Shown piece by piece: positions 35,106 through 44,325 of a stretch of 64,000 nt of DNA. Origin of the DNA: Gammaproteobacteria bacterium (GTDB lineage Bacteria; Pseudomonadota; Gammaproteobacteria; S012-40); assembly GCA_029881255.1 (NCBI GenBank), contig JAOUMY010000010.1, positions 7,319 through 71,318 of the forward strand. The letters are read 5' to 3'. The notes under the pieces are model-generated. The model was not told the origin of the DNA, made no database searches, and was given only the letters and a program-made list of their open reading frames with translations. The stretch's first letter is position 1; the number at the start of each line of letters is the position of its first letter. Position numbers and translations under genes: made by a program.

Positions 35106-35677
35106 GGTGGTAATTGTGAATCAGTTAAATTGATTTAGTATGCGCAAAAAAATATATTTCGCAAGTAACATGTAAAGTGAAAACGTCAGAAATATATACC
35201 TTCATTCATGAATAGTAATTTTTGCATGGGTTTATATTGGTATCTACAAAACTCAACGATGCTCTTTGCGTGTCAGTTGGGATGTTATAACGATGAGGAT
35301 GTAAGCCTAGCAATGCTTACTCTCTCTGCAAGGAGAAGTATGCTTGCTGCGAGTCGTGTGCTAATTCGTTTGTGGATGGTAATTGCCGAGTGTTGGGCAA
35401 GAATCTAATGATGATATGCGTGATTAGAATTGGAGATGCGGAGATAGTTTAGCGATTAAGGCATGACTGTCGTTTTTAGTCGGATTTGGATTTCGTGTAG
35501 GTGACGCGGTTACACTTTCTAACTGCTCGCGGAAAAAATTCAGTTTTCACAACACAAAGGTGCGTAGGTAAAGACTATGCGCAAAATTGGAAATACGACA
35601 GATGGATTGCCAGTAAGAAATTTACGTTCTACACTGCCAAGTATTACAGGAACGTTGTAACAAAAGGAGTTCATGAC

Positions 35678-36301
35678 ATGATGCGGCGTGAAACAACGAC
35701 AATATTTTTTCTTCTCGGTGTCTTCATTACTTTTTTCAGTGCGTGTGGAGGCGGCGCGTCGGGTGATCCCGACAAGAATGAGATCATGCTTTATGTTAGT
35801 CTTGGGCCGAGTAGTCACTACCCAGAAAATGCCACTGACAACCAGGATCGAATTTTTAATTATTGGGGAAGAACCGTTAGGTTTTCTGTGCAAGGATTGG
35901 ATGAAGATCTCAACAGTTCGATCAACCTGATAGCAACCAGCAATTTTGATTGGGAAGGTAGTAGTTACCAGGATGGTACGCTTTACGCAAACACCGTATT
36001 CAAGCTACAGACAAATGGCAAGTATCCTGGTGGTAGTTACAAGTTTAAATTCTATGTGGACTGGAATGACAATGCTGTGTTTGATGCAGGCGATGTGTTT
36101 ATGGGAAGCTACAGTCTTTATGCAGACCAGGATGAAGATCCAAAGACGCCGATAACGAAAGTCGCAGCAGCGGATTGGGGAACACAAATCCGTTATGACG
36201 ATTATGATAACTCCATCGTCGTCAACGACCCCCTGGATTCGACAACTGGCACGCCCTGGATAGTGCACAGTATTGGAGAAGGTGTGCTGCAAGTCTATTG
36301 A
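35678..36301 (+). CDS. Hypothetical lipoprotein
   Basis: RBS AAAAGGAG 8 nt upstream of ATG 35678; signal MMRRETTTIFFLLGVFITFFSA|CGGGASG (lipobox-like), Asp/Tyr/Trp-rich mature part. Track ORF begins further upstream at 35501. Confidence 0.55.
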   Translation: MMRRETTTIFFLLGVFITFFSACGGGASGDPDKNEIMLYVSLGPSSHYPENATDNQDRIFNYWGRTVRFSVQGLDEDLNSSINLIATSNFDWEGSSYQDGTLYANTVFKLQTNGKYPGGSYKFKFYVDWNDNAVFDAGDVFMGSYSLYADQDEDPKTPITKVAAADWGTQIRYDDYDNSIVVNDPLDSTTGTPWIVHSIGEGVLQVY

Positions 36302-36419
36302 ATCTAAGCCGTTTTCTTGCGCTTGGTCTCGGCATGCACAGGGGTTTGGGAATTGGGTGCGCCCAACTTCCTTGTTATAATCCCTGTCAGCTCCGATTCC
36401 TCAAACGCAAGGTAATGTC

Positions 36420-37655
36420 ATGACGAATGCTTATCCGGATTTTTCCCTGGCCTATTATTCCGGCGACCGTAAAACCGGCACACTGGTGCATATTAGAAAT
36501 AGTAATGGTCAAATCGAGGTCACAACACTACCGAGCGGAAAGGACTCCGGTCTCGATAAGGCCCTAAAACCAGTTATGGTAGGAACGACAGGTACTCAAG
36601 CTGTTTTGCTTGATCCGCAAAGCAAAGAGTTGAATGTCGTAAATGAATTTCCTGAAGACGCATTTGCTGCACACGTATACTCCGATCCTTATACAACACT
36701 AGACTGGTTTATGAATGATGGGGACAAGGAGACGGGTAACGATACCTTGAATTGTGGCAGTAACGGATCATCGGTGAGCGTAGTCGAAAACAGTAATTCG
36801 GGTGCGGCAAGATATCTTGGTACCGTCTGCGTAGGTCGAGGACATCATCAGGCGGCTTTTACGTGGCCATCTACAACAGTGCCCAATGCCCCCCGTCGGG
36901 CGGTTATTAGTAATCTCAAAGACGGCACTTTGAGTTTTGTCGGTAGTGACCCAAACGATAGCGCGACATTTTTAAAAGTACTTGCGACCTTGAATCTGTG
37001 TGAGCCAGATAAAGAGCAGGGCTTGCAAGCAGACGCCGTACCTAATAATGCATTCCCGCATGGGCTGGTTTACTCGTCAGTAACGGGGAAGCTTTATAAC
37101 CTCAACAACGGTTACGGTACGGTGGTTGTAATTGACCCCGCGACTGCCAAGATAGAGAAGCGGATTAACTTCAAAGGTCACAGCAATCTATTTATTTCCC
37201 GCGACGGACGCTATGTGATTGGACGCGGTGCCGACAGAAAATCCGACCCGGATCATGTAATTGCAAAATTGTCGGTATTGGATGTCACTGACAATACCGT
37301 AGTAGATAGTATCAATCTGTCCGATATTTATATCAGTAAGTATTTCTTCAACGTTGATGGAAGTCGTTTGTTTTTAACTACGAGCAGTTCCGGCAGCGAA
37401 GATCAACAAAAAAATCTAAAGACCGATGTAGTTGCCTGCTTCGACATGACGGCTTTGCCCAAGTTGAAACAAACCCATGAGCTGAAACTGGGTAGTGTTG
37501 GAACACTAGATTTTCTTTCGGATGGAACGGTGTTCAGTTCCGATGGCCCGAACGGTGAAGTAGTCGTGCTGGATGGGGGAAATCTGGAAATTGTCGAGCG
37601 TATCCGAGTTAATAGTGGTCAGCCGCATTCGCGTTTATGGCTACTGCCTAATTGA
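36420..37655 (+). CDS. Hypothetical protein, probable beta-propeller (YVTN-like) fold, no signal peptide
   Basis: 411-aa ORF rich in repeated …G(K/T)LY…N…V…VID… / …DG(R/S)…(F/Y)… beta-strand units; no N-terminal signal peptide detected. Confidence 0.4.
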   Translation: MTNAYPDFSLAYYSGDRKTGTLVHIRNSNGQIEVTTLPSGKDSGLDKALKPVMVGTTGTQAVLLDPQSKELNVVNEFPEDAFAAHVYSDPYTTLDWFMNDGDKETGNDTLNCGSNGSSVSVVENSNSGAARYLGTVCVGRGHHQAAFTWPSTTVPNAPRRAVISNLKDGTLSFVGSDPNDSATFLKVLATLNLCEPDKEQGLQADAVPNNAFPHGLVYSSVTGKLYNLNNGYGTVVVIDPATAKIEKRINFKGHSNLFISRDGRYVIGRGADRKSDPDHVIAKLSVLDVTDNTVVDSINLSDIYISKYFFNVDGSRLFLTTSSSGSEDQQKNLKTDVVACFDMTALPKLKQTHELKLGSVGTLDFLSDGTVFSSDGPNGEVVVLDGGNLEIVERIRVNSGQPHSRLWLLPN

Positions 37656-37674
37656 CATCGGAGTAATTGAGACA

Positions 37675-38745
37675 TTAATTATTCAATTGCTGAAACAACA
37701 ACATGACGTCCTTATGATTCTCTATTCGAGCAAGATCAATCGGCAGTTCACCTTGTTTGTTGCGTACATTGATATCGATACCAGCGTTGATGAGTTCAAA
37801 GGCAATTTGCCGGCTGCCATGTCTTGCTGCCAGATGTAGAGCTGTATTTCCGAGCCTGTTGCGTGCGTGAATGTCTATTCCTTCTTTGATAAGTATTTTG
37901 GCGGTTTCAATTTGTCGGTTGGCGGCGGCGAGGTGCAAAGCGGTGTTGCCCTGAAGGCTGGTTGACTGGATATCGACTCTTTTGGATAGCAAGGCGCGAA
38001 TGAGTTCGTCACGACCTTTGGCCGCGGCTAGATGAAGCAGGGTTTGACCTTCAATGTCTTTAAGATGGGCGGTTCTGGAGCGGCTTAGCAATAGGTTCGT
38101 TAAGTCTGGATAATTAAAGTGTATGACATGCCACAGAGGAGGGTGTCCCTGGGTGTCTCGGGTGTTGCTGTCAGCGCCACGTATGATTAGCGTTTTCGCC
38201 AGAGCGGTATGACCGTGTTGTAGCGCGGAGACTAATGGGGTGTTGCCCGCCTTGTTCGTTTTGTCAATGTTTGCCCCACGCGCCAACAAAAATAAGGCGG
38301 CCTCTTCGTAGTTGAGCGAGACCAGGTAGAAAAAAGCCGTATTGCCTCGATTGTCTTCGGCATCGACGTTGGCTTTGTGATTTACCAATAGTTTTACCGT
38401 TTCCAGGAATCCACCTTTGGCAGCCCAAATGAGGGGTGTTTTTCCTTCATTATCACGTGCGTGTATATCGGCGCCGTGTTTTAGTAGCATCTGCGCGATA
38501 TCGAGATATCCACCTTTTGCGGCATACATCAGCGGGGTGCGCAAATCCTCGTCCAGGACATCGACTTTTGATCCTTTTTTGAGCAAGGCTTCAATTGCGT
38601 TAGTTTCGCCTTTTGCAGCGGCCATATGCATCTTGTCCCAGCTCTGAAAAGGCGGGGTAGCTGCCGATACAGTAGCGCTAGGCAAATGCAATAAAACCAC
38701 AAAAAACAGGGTGAAATTAGGGATTAGACTACGATTGATCTTCAT
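37675..38745 (-). CDS. Secreted ankyrin-repeat protein (about 10 ANK repeats)
   Basis: Repeated 33-aa units with the ANK signature (…G.TPL..AA..GH…V..LL..GA…). Start placed at ATG 38745 (MKINRSLIPNFTLFFVVLLHLPSATVSA|ATPP, a Sec signal peptide); the track's longer ORF reaches 38880 with an acidic N-extension unlikely to precede a signal peptide. Confidence 0.7.
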   Translation of the reverse strand: MKINRSLIPNFTLFFVVLLHLPSATVSAATPPFQSWDKMHMAAAKGETNAIEALLKKGSKVDVLDEDLRTPLMYAAKGGYLDIAQMLLKHGADIHARDNEGKTPLIWAAKGGFLETVKLLVNHKANVDAEDNRGNTAFFYLVSLNYEEAALFLLARGANIDKTNKAGNTPLVSALQHGHTALAKTLIIRGADSNTRDTQGHPPLWHVIHFNYPDLTNLLLSRSRTAHLKDIEGQTLLHLAAAKGRDELIRALLSKRVDIQSTSLQGNTALHLAAANRQIETAKILIKEGIDIHARNRLGNTALHLAARHGSRQIAFELINAGIDINVRNKQGELPIDLARIENHKDVMLLFQQLNN

Positions 38746-39025
38746 AATACATGTATGAATACTATGGAATAAGCGAGTTCCAAAATTGTCAAAAAACATG
38801 TTTATACCGTATTGTGGTTCTAATTTATTCGAGGAATCTTCCGTCCAATCGGTGCAAGATTCCTGCATGGAATCGGACATTACCTGGCGAAGATGAAATA
38901 AAATTGTAAATACTTGTTTTTATTGAGAGGGGAAGGAAATTTGCCTAAAGCGTGGCAAAATTAGGACGAAATCCTATAAATGGCTGAGAAAGAAGCAAAT
39001 TTGAGCAAAAACCGAAAAGAGTTCT

Positions 39026-41833
39026 ATGCCTGTTATTACTAGACACATCGCAGTTGTCTTATTCCTGTTACTCGCGTCCCCCGTTTTTGCTGACGAGCTG
39101 GGAGATGCGAAGAATGCCTATGGCGCCGGTGAATTTGAAGAAGCGGCGGCGCTACTGCGTCCGCTCGCCCGTGATGGCAACCCGGAGGCGCTGTATCTCC
39201 TCGGTCGTATGTATGAGCAGGGAGACGGCGTAGGCAAAGATGAACAGGAAGCGCGCGATCTGTATCGCCAGGCCGCGGAAAAAGGTCATAACAATGCTGG
39301 CCAGCGGCTGGCGCTGTTTGAAAATTCCAATAGTGGTGACGAGTCCGTCGTGCTTGAGTGGTATCTGCCTTCCGCGGAGGAAGGCGATATGGAGGCACAA
39401 TACAATCTTGGTTTTATGTACGAAACGGGTTGGGGTATCGGAATTGATGAGCGCAAAGCAGTTCGCTGGTACAAAGAGGCGGCGGATCAACAACACGATA
39501 TGGCACAACTGCGCCTTGGCATGATGTATGTCGTCGGAAAAGGCGTGGAAAAAGATCAGGATGCTGGCGTGGAGCTGTTGCGTTTGTCGGCTGAGAATGG
39601 CAACCGTATCGCGGAGATTCTTGTCCAGGAGGTTTTTGATATAGGCGATGCCAAAAAGTTGAATGCCGAAAAACTCATCAGCGGTTTGCGTCGTGTCGTC
39701 GACGAGGGTGAGAAGGAAGCATTACGGACATTGAATGCCAGCCTAGACCGAGCCCGGTCACGCAATAGAAAACAGGAACGAGAGGCCGAGCCTGCGAAAG
39801 AGGACACACGTCGCGATACGCGGGTCTTGAACGAGCGTCAGCCAGTCGAAAGTGATGAGCGCTTGAGCTCGGCACAGCTCAATATTGCACGAGCGCTGGA
39901 CAAGGGGACTGGCGTGCCTGAAAACGAAGCCGAAATGGTGCGCTGGTATATATCCGCCGCTCGCCAGGGTAACGCCGATGCCCAGTTTAACCTGGGTGTG
40001 CTCTATATGCAGGGACGCGGTGTAAATCGAGATACTCAGGAGGGCTTGCGCTGGTTTAATGCCGCAGCCAGTCAGGGACACCAACTGTCAAAAGACTATC
40101 TTCAGCTGTGGAACAATGACCCAGATAATTCCTCCCTGGGTGGATCAATTGCGGTAACATGGCTGAAAGAAAATGCCCGCAACTGGGATCTCGAAAGCCT
40201 GTTTCTACTAGGGCAGATTTACGAGATGGGACGCGGGGTTAATCAAAACTTAAATGAAGCAAAGCTATGGTATCGCCTCGCAGCAGAGGGCGGGCATCGT
40301 GAAGCAAAGCGCCGATTGGACCAGATTGGTCAAGGTGTCGCATCACCGACTACGGCTACAACAGTTATAACGACTCCTGCCGATCGGGGAGTGGGTCAAG
40401 ATTCAACGTTAACGACGGGGAAGGCAGTGGCGTCTCAGTTTGACTGGTTTTGGATGATATTAGGAGTTGCCGGTATCGTCGGCCTGGGCTCAGTCGTATT
40501 TTTTCTTTTTCGCCGCAGCGGCGGTCAAATGCCGAGTTTTCAGCTGCAGCGGCCCGCTCAGAATACTATCGGTGCAAACCAGCTGCGCAGTGAAGATGTC
40601 GATTTCCTCAAGGGGCTTTGGGATGACAAGCCTGAACCCGAGAGGCCTGTCGCAGAAGTCAAAGCCAAACCCGCAGAGCCGGCGAAAGTTGCACCGGAGC
40701 CAGCAACCAATCGAGGTGGCGCGACTGAGGTGTTCAAAGCTGTTACCTGGGGCCCGGGGGGCAAGAAAAAACCGATAATTCCGGAAGACGATATTCAGTT
40801 GCCGGATATTCGCGCCTTAGTCAGTGACGAAGTAGTGCGTGACGAAGATACGGCAGTAGAAAAACCAGTCAGTGATGCTCCTCCACCTAAGGCTGTTTCA
40901 GAGCCCACGCGAGTCAAACATGTTGCACCCCCGGTACAGACGCCTCCGCCGCGACCGCCGTCTCAGCCGACTAAGTCAAGTGAACAGGGTGCTCCGGTAA
41001 AAGCCACTGAAACCAATATATCGGTTGAGCGAGTTAGGGGCGCAGGAGAAATGAGGGTAGAGCCGCCGAGGGTCAAACCGGCAGAATCACCAATTACTGG
41101 AAAACAAACCATTTCCGCCGAGGGAATTGCTGGCACCGCTATCAGTCGCGATGCCCTGGCATCCGGTAGAGTAAAAGCAGATAACTTGTTTGACGACGGT
41201 TTTGGTATTGATCGCGAGGGCAAGGTGTTGCCAAAGCGATCTGAGTCTCAGATAAGCGAAAAGCCTACCGAAGAAGCCAGACCTAGCGGACCAATAGACT
41301 TTGCAGATCTTGATCTCCATGCCATACGCCGCGGTGGAGAGTCTGTTCGGGCGCCGGTGATTAATATTAAATCTGAAGGACCGGTATCAGCTGAGAGATC
41401 ATCAATTCCAAGTATAGAGAAACCTTCAATTGCACGTGGCACTTCTCGTGTTTCCGCCAACAACCTGGGTACAAGCACTACGCCGCCACCGCCGCCTCCT
41501 CCTCTTGAGCCGAGCACTCAGCAAAGCGCCCAGGTAACGGACATATCTTCCGGTGGCGACGAGAGTCGCTCGCTTGCCGAAGTGCATTTCAATATTGGTC
41601 TTATGTTTGCGACAGGCGATGGCGTTCCTAAAAACGATGTGATGGCGGCCAAGTGGTTTCGCAAATCTGCAGATGAAGGCCTGCCCGAAGCGCAGTTTCG
41701 TCTGGGCGAATTCTATTTAAGTGGAACTGGTCTGGAAAAAGACATCGACCAGGGTATGCAATGGATACGTAAAGCGGCGAAACTGGGACATACCGCTGCT
41801 ATTGAGTTGCTAACCAAGCGTAACCAAGCGTAA
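39026..41833 (+). CDS. Sel1-repeat (TPR-like) protein, bipartite: signal peptide, N-terminal Sel1 array, one TM helix, ~350-aa Pro/Glu/Lys-rich disordered segment, C-terminal Sel1 pair
   Basis: Signal MPVITRHIAVVLFLLLASPVFA|DE. About 10 Sel1 units (…A.YNLG.MY..G.GV..D…A..WY.KAA.QG…). TM WFWMILGVAGIVGLGSVVFFLF; PPPPPPP and PRPP tracts; final Sel1 units …AQFRLGEFYLSGTGLEKDIDQGMQWIRKAAKLGH…. Confidence 0.8.
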   Translation: MPVITRHIAVVLFLLLASPVFADELGDAKNAYGAGEFEEAAALLRPLARDGNPEALYLLGRMYEQGDGVGKDEQEARDLYRQAAEKGHNNAGQRLALFENSNSGDESVVLEWYLPSAEEGDMEAQYNLGFMYETGWGIGIDERKAVRWYKEAADQQHDMAQLRLGMMYVVGKGVEKDQDAGVELLRLSAENGNRIAEILVQEVFDIGDAKKLNAEKLISGLRRVVDEGEKEALRTLNASLDRARSRNRKQEREAEPAKEDTRRDTRVLNERQPVESDERLSSAQLNIARALDKGTGVPENEAEMVRWYISAARQGNADAQFNLGVLYMQGRGVNRDTQEGLRWFNAAASQGHQLSKDYLQLWNNDPDNSSLGGSIAVTWLKENARNWDLESLFLLGQIYEMGRGVNQNLNEAKLWYRLAAEGGHREAKRRLDQIGQGVASPTTATTVITTPADRGVGQDSTLTTGKAVASQFDWFWMILGVAGIVGLGSVVFFLFRRSGGQMPSFQLQRPAQNTIGANQLRSEDVDFLKGLWDDKPEPERPVAEVKAKPAEPAKVAPEPATNRGGATEVFKAVTWGPGGKKKPIIPEDDIQLPDIRALVSDEVVRDEDTAVEKPVSDAPPPKAVSEPTRVKHVAPPVQTPPPRPPSQPTKSSEQGAPVKATETNISVERVRGAGEMRVEPPRVKPAESPITGKQTISAEGIAGTAISRDALASGRVKADNLFDDGFGIDREGKVLPKRSESQISEKPTEEARPSGPIDFADLDLHAIRRGGESVRAPVINIKSEGPVSAERSSIPSIEKPSIARGTSRVSANNLGTSTTPPPPPPPLEPSTQQSAQVTDISSGGDESRSLAEVHFNIGLMFATGDGVPKNDVMAAKWFRKSADEGLPEAQFRLGEFYLSGTGLEKDIDQGMQWIRKAAKLGHTAAIELLTKRNQA

Positions 41834-41844
41834 CCAAGCGTAAC
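41811..41844 (+). repeat. Perfect 10-bp tandem repeat (TAACCAAGCG x3 + TAAC) spanning the Sel1 gene stop codon
   Basis: taaccaagcg at 41811-41820, 41821-41830, 41831-41840, then taac; stop codon TAA is the first triplet of the third copy. Confidence 0.8.
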
Positions 41845-41957
41845 TACACACTTTTTCTTTCTCTTACTTTCCCATCCGCAACAAGCTCAAACCTCAACCT
41901 ACACCTGCTGCGTAAGAACTGACTAAGCACGATTTTGTAGTATGCTCGGATTTTCGA

Positions 41958-41988
41958 GGAACCTTTTTCAAGGTTGTGACGTGTCTAA
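41958..41988 (+). promoter_or_regulatory. Candidate ECF-type (sigmaE-like) autoregulated promoter upstream of the ECF sigma gene
   Basis: GGAACC (41958-41963) … GTCTAA (41983-41988) resembles the RpoE/AlgU GGAACTT-N16-TCTAA consensus, but the spacer here is 19 nt, longer than canonical. Confidence 0.25.
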
Positions 41989-42022
41989 CTAATTGACGGT
42001 CGCAAACTCTCAGCCACTAAGC

Positions 42023-42595
42023 ATGAGTCTATTTAACAAGCCCAGCACAAACAAACAGTTCGAAACACACATCAGACCGCATTTGGCTGATCTGTATCGG
42101 CTGGCCTTTCGTTTGACCGGTACGCGAGAGGATGCAGAAGACCTGGTGCAGGAGATGGTGCTCAAAGTCCATAAAGGACGTCACAAGCTACAAGAGCTTG
42201 ATAATCCCCGTACCTGGTTGGCGAAAGTAATGTATCGCATGTTTGTTGATGAATATCGCCGCGCGCAACGGCAGCCCGTACACAGTCTTGAGCAAGATGT
42301 AGAAGAATCAGAAATCCAATCAGTTTCGGTAGTTGATGCCGAGGAGTTAATCCAGCAACGACAACTTGTCGAACTGGTTGGCCGAGCTATTCAAATGTTG
42401 AGCGACGAGCATCGCATATTGATACTGATGTTCGAAGTAGAAGGGTATTCGCTTGCTGAAATGCAAGAGATTCTTGAGCTACCTCTGGGTACGTTGAAAT
42501 CCAGATTACATCGCGCGCGTCATCGGTTGCGCGAAATATTAGAAATTCACGGAACCTTTTCTGAAGCGTCCACGTGTAAGGAGCAGAGGGTTTAA
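42023..42595 (+). CDS. ECF (group IV) RNA polymerase sigma factor
   Basis: Region 2 (…LADLYRLAFRLTGTREDAEDLVQEMVLKV…) and region 4 HTH (…LSDEHRILILMFEVEGYSLAEMQEILELPLGTLKSRLHRARHRLR…). ATG at 42023; track ORF starts at an upstream TTG (41993). Confidence 0.8.
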   Translation: MSLFNKPSTNKQFETHIRPHLADLYRLAFRLTGTREDAEDLVQEMVLKVHKGRHKLQELDNPRTWLAKVMYRMFVDEYRRAQRQPVHSLEQDVEESEIQSVSVVDAEELIQQRQLVELVGRAIQMLSDEHRILILMFEVEGYSLAEMQEILELPLGTLKSRLHRARHRLREILEIHGTFSEASTCKEQRV

Positions 42596-42597
42596 AA

Positions 42598-43281
42598 ATG
42601 AGCTGCGATTCAATCAAAGATGTGATTATCGACTATGTTGGCGGACAACTGGACAGCGATAACATGGTACGGATTGAAAATCATATTAGTGATTGTGCTC
42701 AGTGTCAGCAAAGGGTTTTGAGGGAACGCGAAATTCGTAGAGCCTTGAGTGAACAGCCGACCGATGCTCCAGATAGTGAGTTTTTCGACAGGATAATGGA
42801 TGACATTGTCCGCAGTTCTGGAGGGCACAAGCATTTTGGGTTTTGGAACGGATTTGCTACAGCAATAGCGGCAGCACTATTCGCCTGGACCGTATTTACA
42901 CCGGCAACCTTAGTCAATACGGAGAACAGCGAATTAACTCAAGCTGTTGTGACACTGAACGCGCAAGTCGATCAGTTGAAAAATGTTCGGATATCATTCG
43001 ACTCTCCAGCGGATTTTGAACAAGTCAGTATGTCCTTATCTCTACCAGATCATGTGGAACTGGTTGGGTATGCTGGCGAACGAGAACTAACGTGGACAAC
43101 GACAATAAGCAAAGGAATAAATATATTAACTTTACCTATTATGGTTAAACATGAAGGAAAAGGGGTGCTGTACGCCACTGTGAGTCGCGCAGGTAAAACA
43201 AAAGTGTTTACCATCAATCTCGATGCGACTGCCAGACAGGAGACATTAATCGATGTCTCGATTAAAAACTTCAGTGTTTGA
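42598..43281 (+). CDS. Zinc-binding (ZAS-type) anti-sigma factor, single-pass membrane protein
   Basis: Starts 3 nt after the sigma gene; HxxxCxxC motif (ENHISDCAQCQ); TM helix FATAIAAALFAWTVFTPA; ~130-aa periplasmic domain. Confidence 0.7.
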   Translation: MSCDSIKDVIIDYVGGQLDSDNMVRIENHISDCAQCQQRVLREREIRRALSEQPTDAPDSEFFDRIMDDIVRSSGGHKHFGFWNGFATAIAAALFAWTVFTPATLVNTENSELTQAVVTLNAQVDQLKNVRISFDSPADFEQVSMSLSLPDHVELVGYAGERELTWTTTISKGINILTLPIMVKHEGKGVLYATVSRAGKTKVFTINLDATARQETLIDVSIKNFSV

Positions 43282-43300
43282 AAGTTACAGGGGAAGACAC

Positions 43301-44218
43301 ATGATGAAGCACACTAATTTAAATACTTTTTTCTTTGCGATGATAGGCGCGTTTTTTCTGAGTCCGGTTTCGGCGCTGGAGACGGCAGATGTCGAAGAGA
43401 TCAGCGTAAGCGTAATCGAAAGCGCTCAAGATGGAATTAAAGAATTCCGTGAACTTGCATTGCCTGCACGAGCATCGACTAGTGCTACTGAACATGCCAA
43501 AGGTTTGGAAAAAGCCAATGATGTGCGCACACGCAATGCGGAAAGATTCAACAGTCGAACAGACGACATGGAAGATGGTGTTGATACTGCGGCGACTCAG
43601 GCTGAAGAACGTAAAGAGGCGGCTATGGCAAAAGCCGCAGCAGCAAAAGCTGCCGGATTGGCAAAGGCTGAAGCAGCAAAAAATCGTGCTGAAGAACAAC
43701 GTGTCCGCGGTCAGGAGCGTGCTGAATTGGCGAAGGAACAGGCAGCTGAAGGTAGAGAGCTTGGTCAGGCCCGCGCCGAAGAGGCTCGACAGAAGCGTGA
43801 GGATGCTGAGGAGATCGCTACAGTCGTGAAGGAACAAGCAGAAACTGCCAAGGCGGCTGCACAGGATCATAAAGCTGCGGCGATGGAAATCGCAGAAACG
43901 GCCAAGGAGCAGGCTGGTGCGAACGCTGATGCAGCGAAGGACGCAGCAGAAGAGCATCGCGCAATAGCCAGTGAAGTTGCCGACCAGGCTCAAGCAATGG
44001 CAGACGATGCGAAAACCAATGCGGATGCTGCCAACGCAATTGCGGAAGAGGCCAAAGGAAATGCAGATGCGGCTAAAGCAAATGCTGACGCAGCCAAAGC
44101 CGCCGCTGGAGACGCACAGGCAAACGCAGATGCAGCCAAGGCCGCTGCGCAAGAAAAGAAAGAACAGGCTCAGACGCGCGCAGACAACGCAAAGAACAAT
44201 CGATTTTCGGCCAACTAG
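43301..44218 (+). CDS. Periplasmic Ala/Glu/Lys-rich low-complexity repeat protein (LEA-/apolipoprotein-like amphipathic helices)
   Basis: RBS AGGGGAAG then ATG 43301; signal MMKHTNLNTFFFAMIGAFFLSPVSA|LE; the rest is (A/K/E/D)-rich with degenerate repeats (…AKAAAAKAAGLAKAEAAKNRAEEQ…, …NADAAKANADAAKAAAGDAQANADAAKAAAQEKKEQ…). The long antisense ORF 43319-44152 is a repeat shadow. Confidence 0.65.
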   Translation: MMKHTNLNTFFFAMIGAFFLSPVSALETADVEEISVSVIESAQDGIKEFRELALPARASTSATEHAKGLEKANDVRTRNAERFNSRTDDMEDGVDTAATQAEERKEAAMAKAAAAKAAGLAKAEAAKNRAEEQRVRGQERAELAKEQAAEGRELGQARAEEARQKREDAEEIATVVKEQAETAKAAAQDHKAAAMEIAETAKEQAGANADAAKDAAEEHRAIASEVADQAQAMADDAKTNADAANAIAEEAKGNADAAKANADAAKAAAGDAQANADAAKAAAQEKKEQAQTRADNAKNNRFSAN

Positions 44219-44244
44219 TACAGCAGCCCTATTTTGGCCACCGA

Positions 44245-44270
44245 CCCTTCCCTCTGGGAAGGGTTTTTTT
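44245..44270 (+). terminator. Rho-independent terminator
   Basis: CCCTTCCC/GGGAAGGG stem with 4-nt loop (44245-44263) followed by T7. Confidence 0.7.
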
Positions 44271-44325
44271 ATGTCGAAAGAAAAGCGCTACAATAACGTC
44301 CGTCATTTAACGGAAGTATAAAAAG

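Noticed and set aside
35106-35677. 66-aa ORF 35208-35408 and other small ORFs in the AT-rich region upstream of the lipoprotein gene
   Set aside because: No RBS, odd composition, and it sits in a likely divergent promoter region; probably non-coding.
43319-44152. 277-aa minus-strand ORF (Cys/Phe/Ser-rich) covering the Ala/Glu/Lys repeat gene
   Set aside because: It is the antisense reading of a GC-skewed repeat (GCN/GAA codons giving C/F/S/L). The plus-strand frame has an RBS, a signal peptide and coherent repeats; the minus frame has none.
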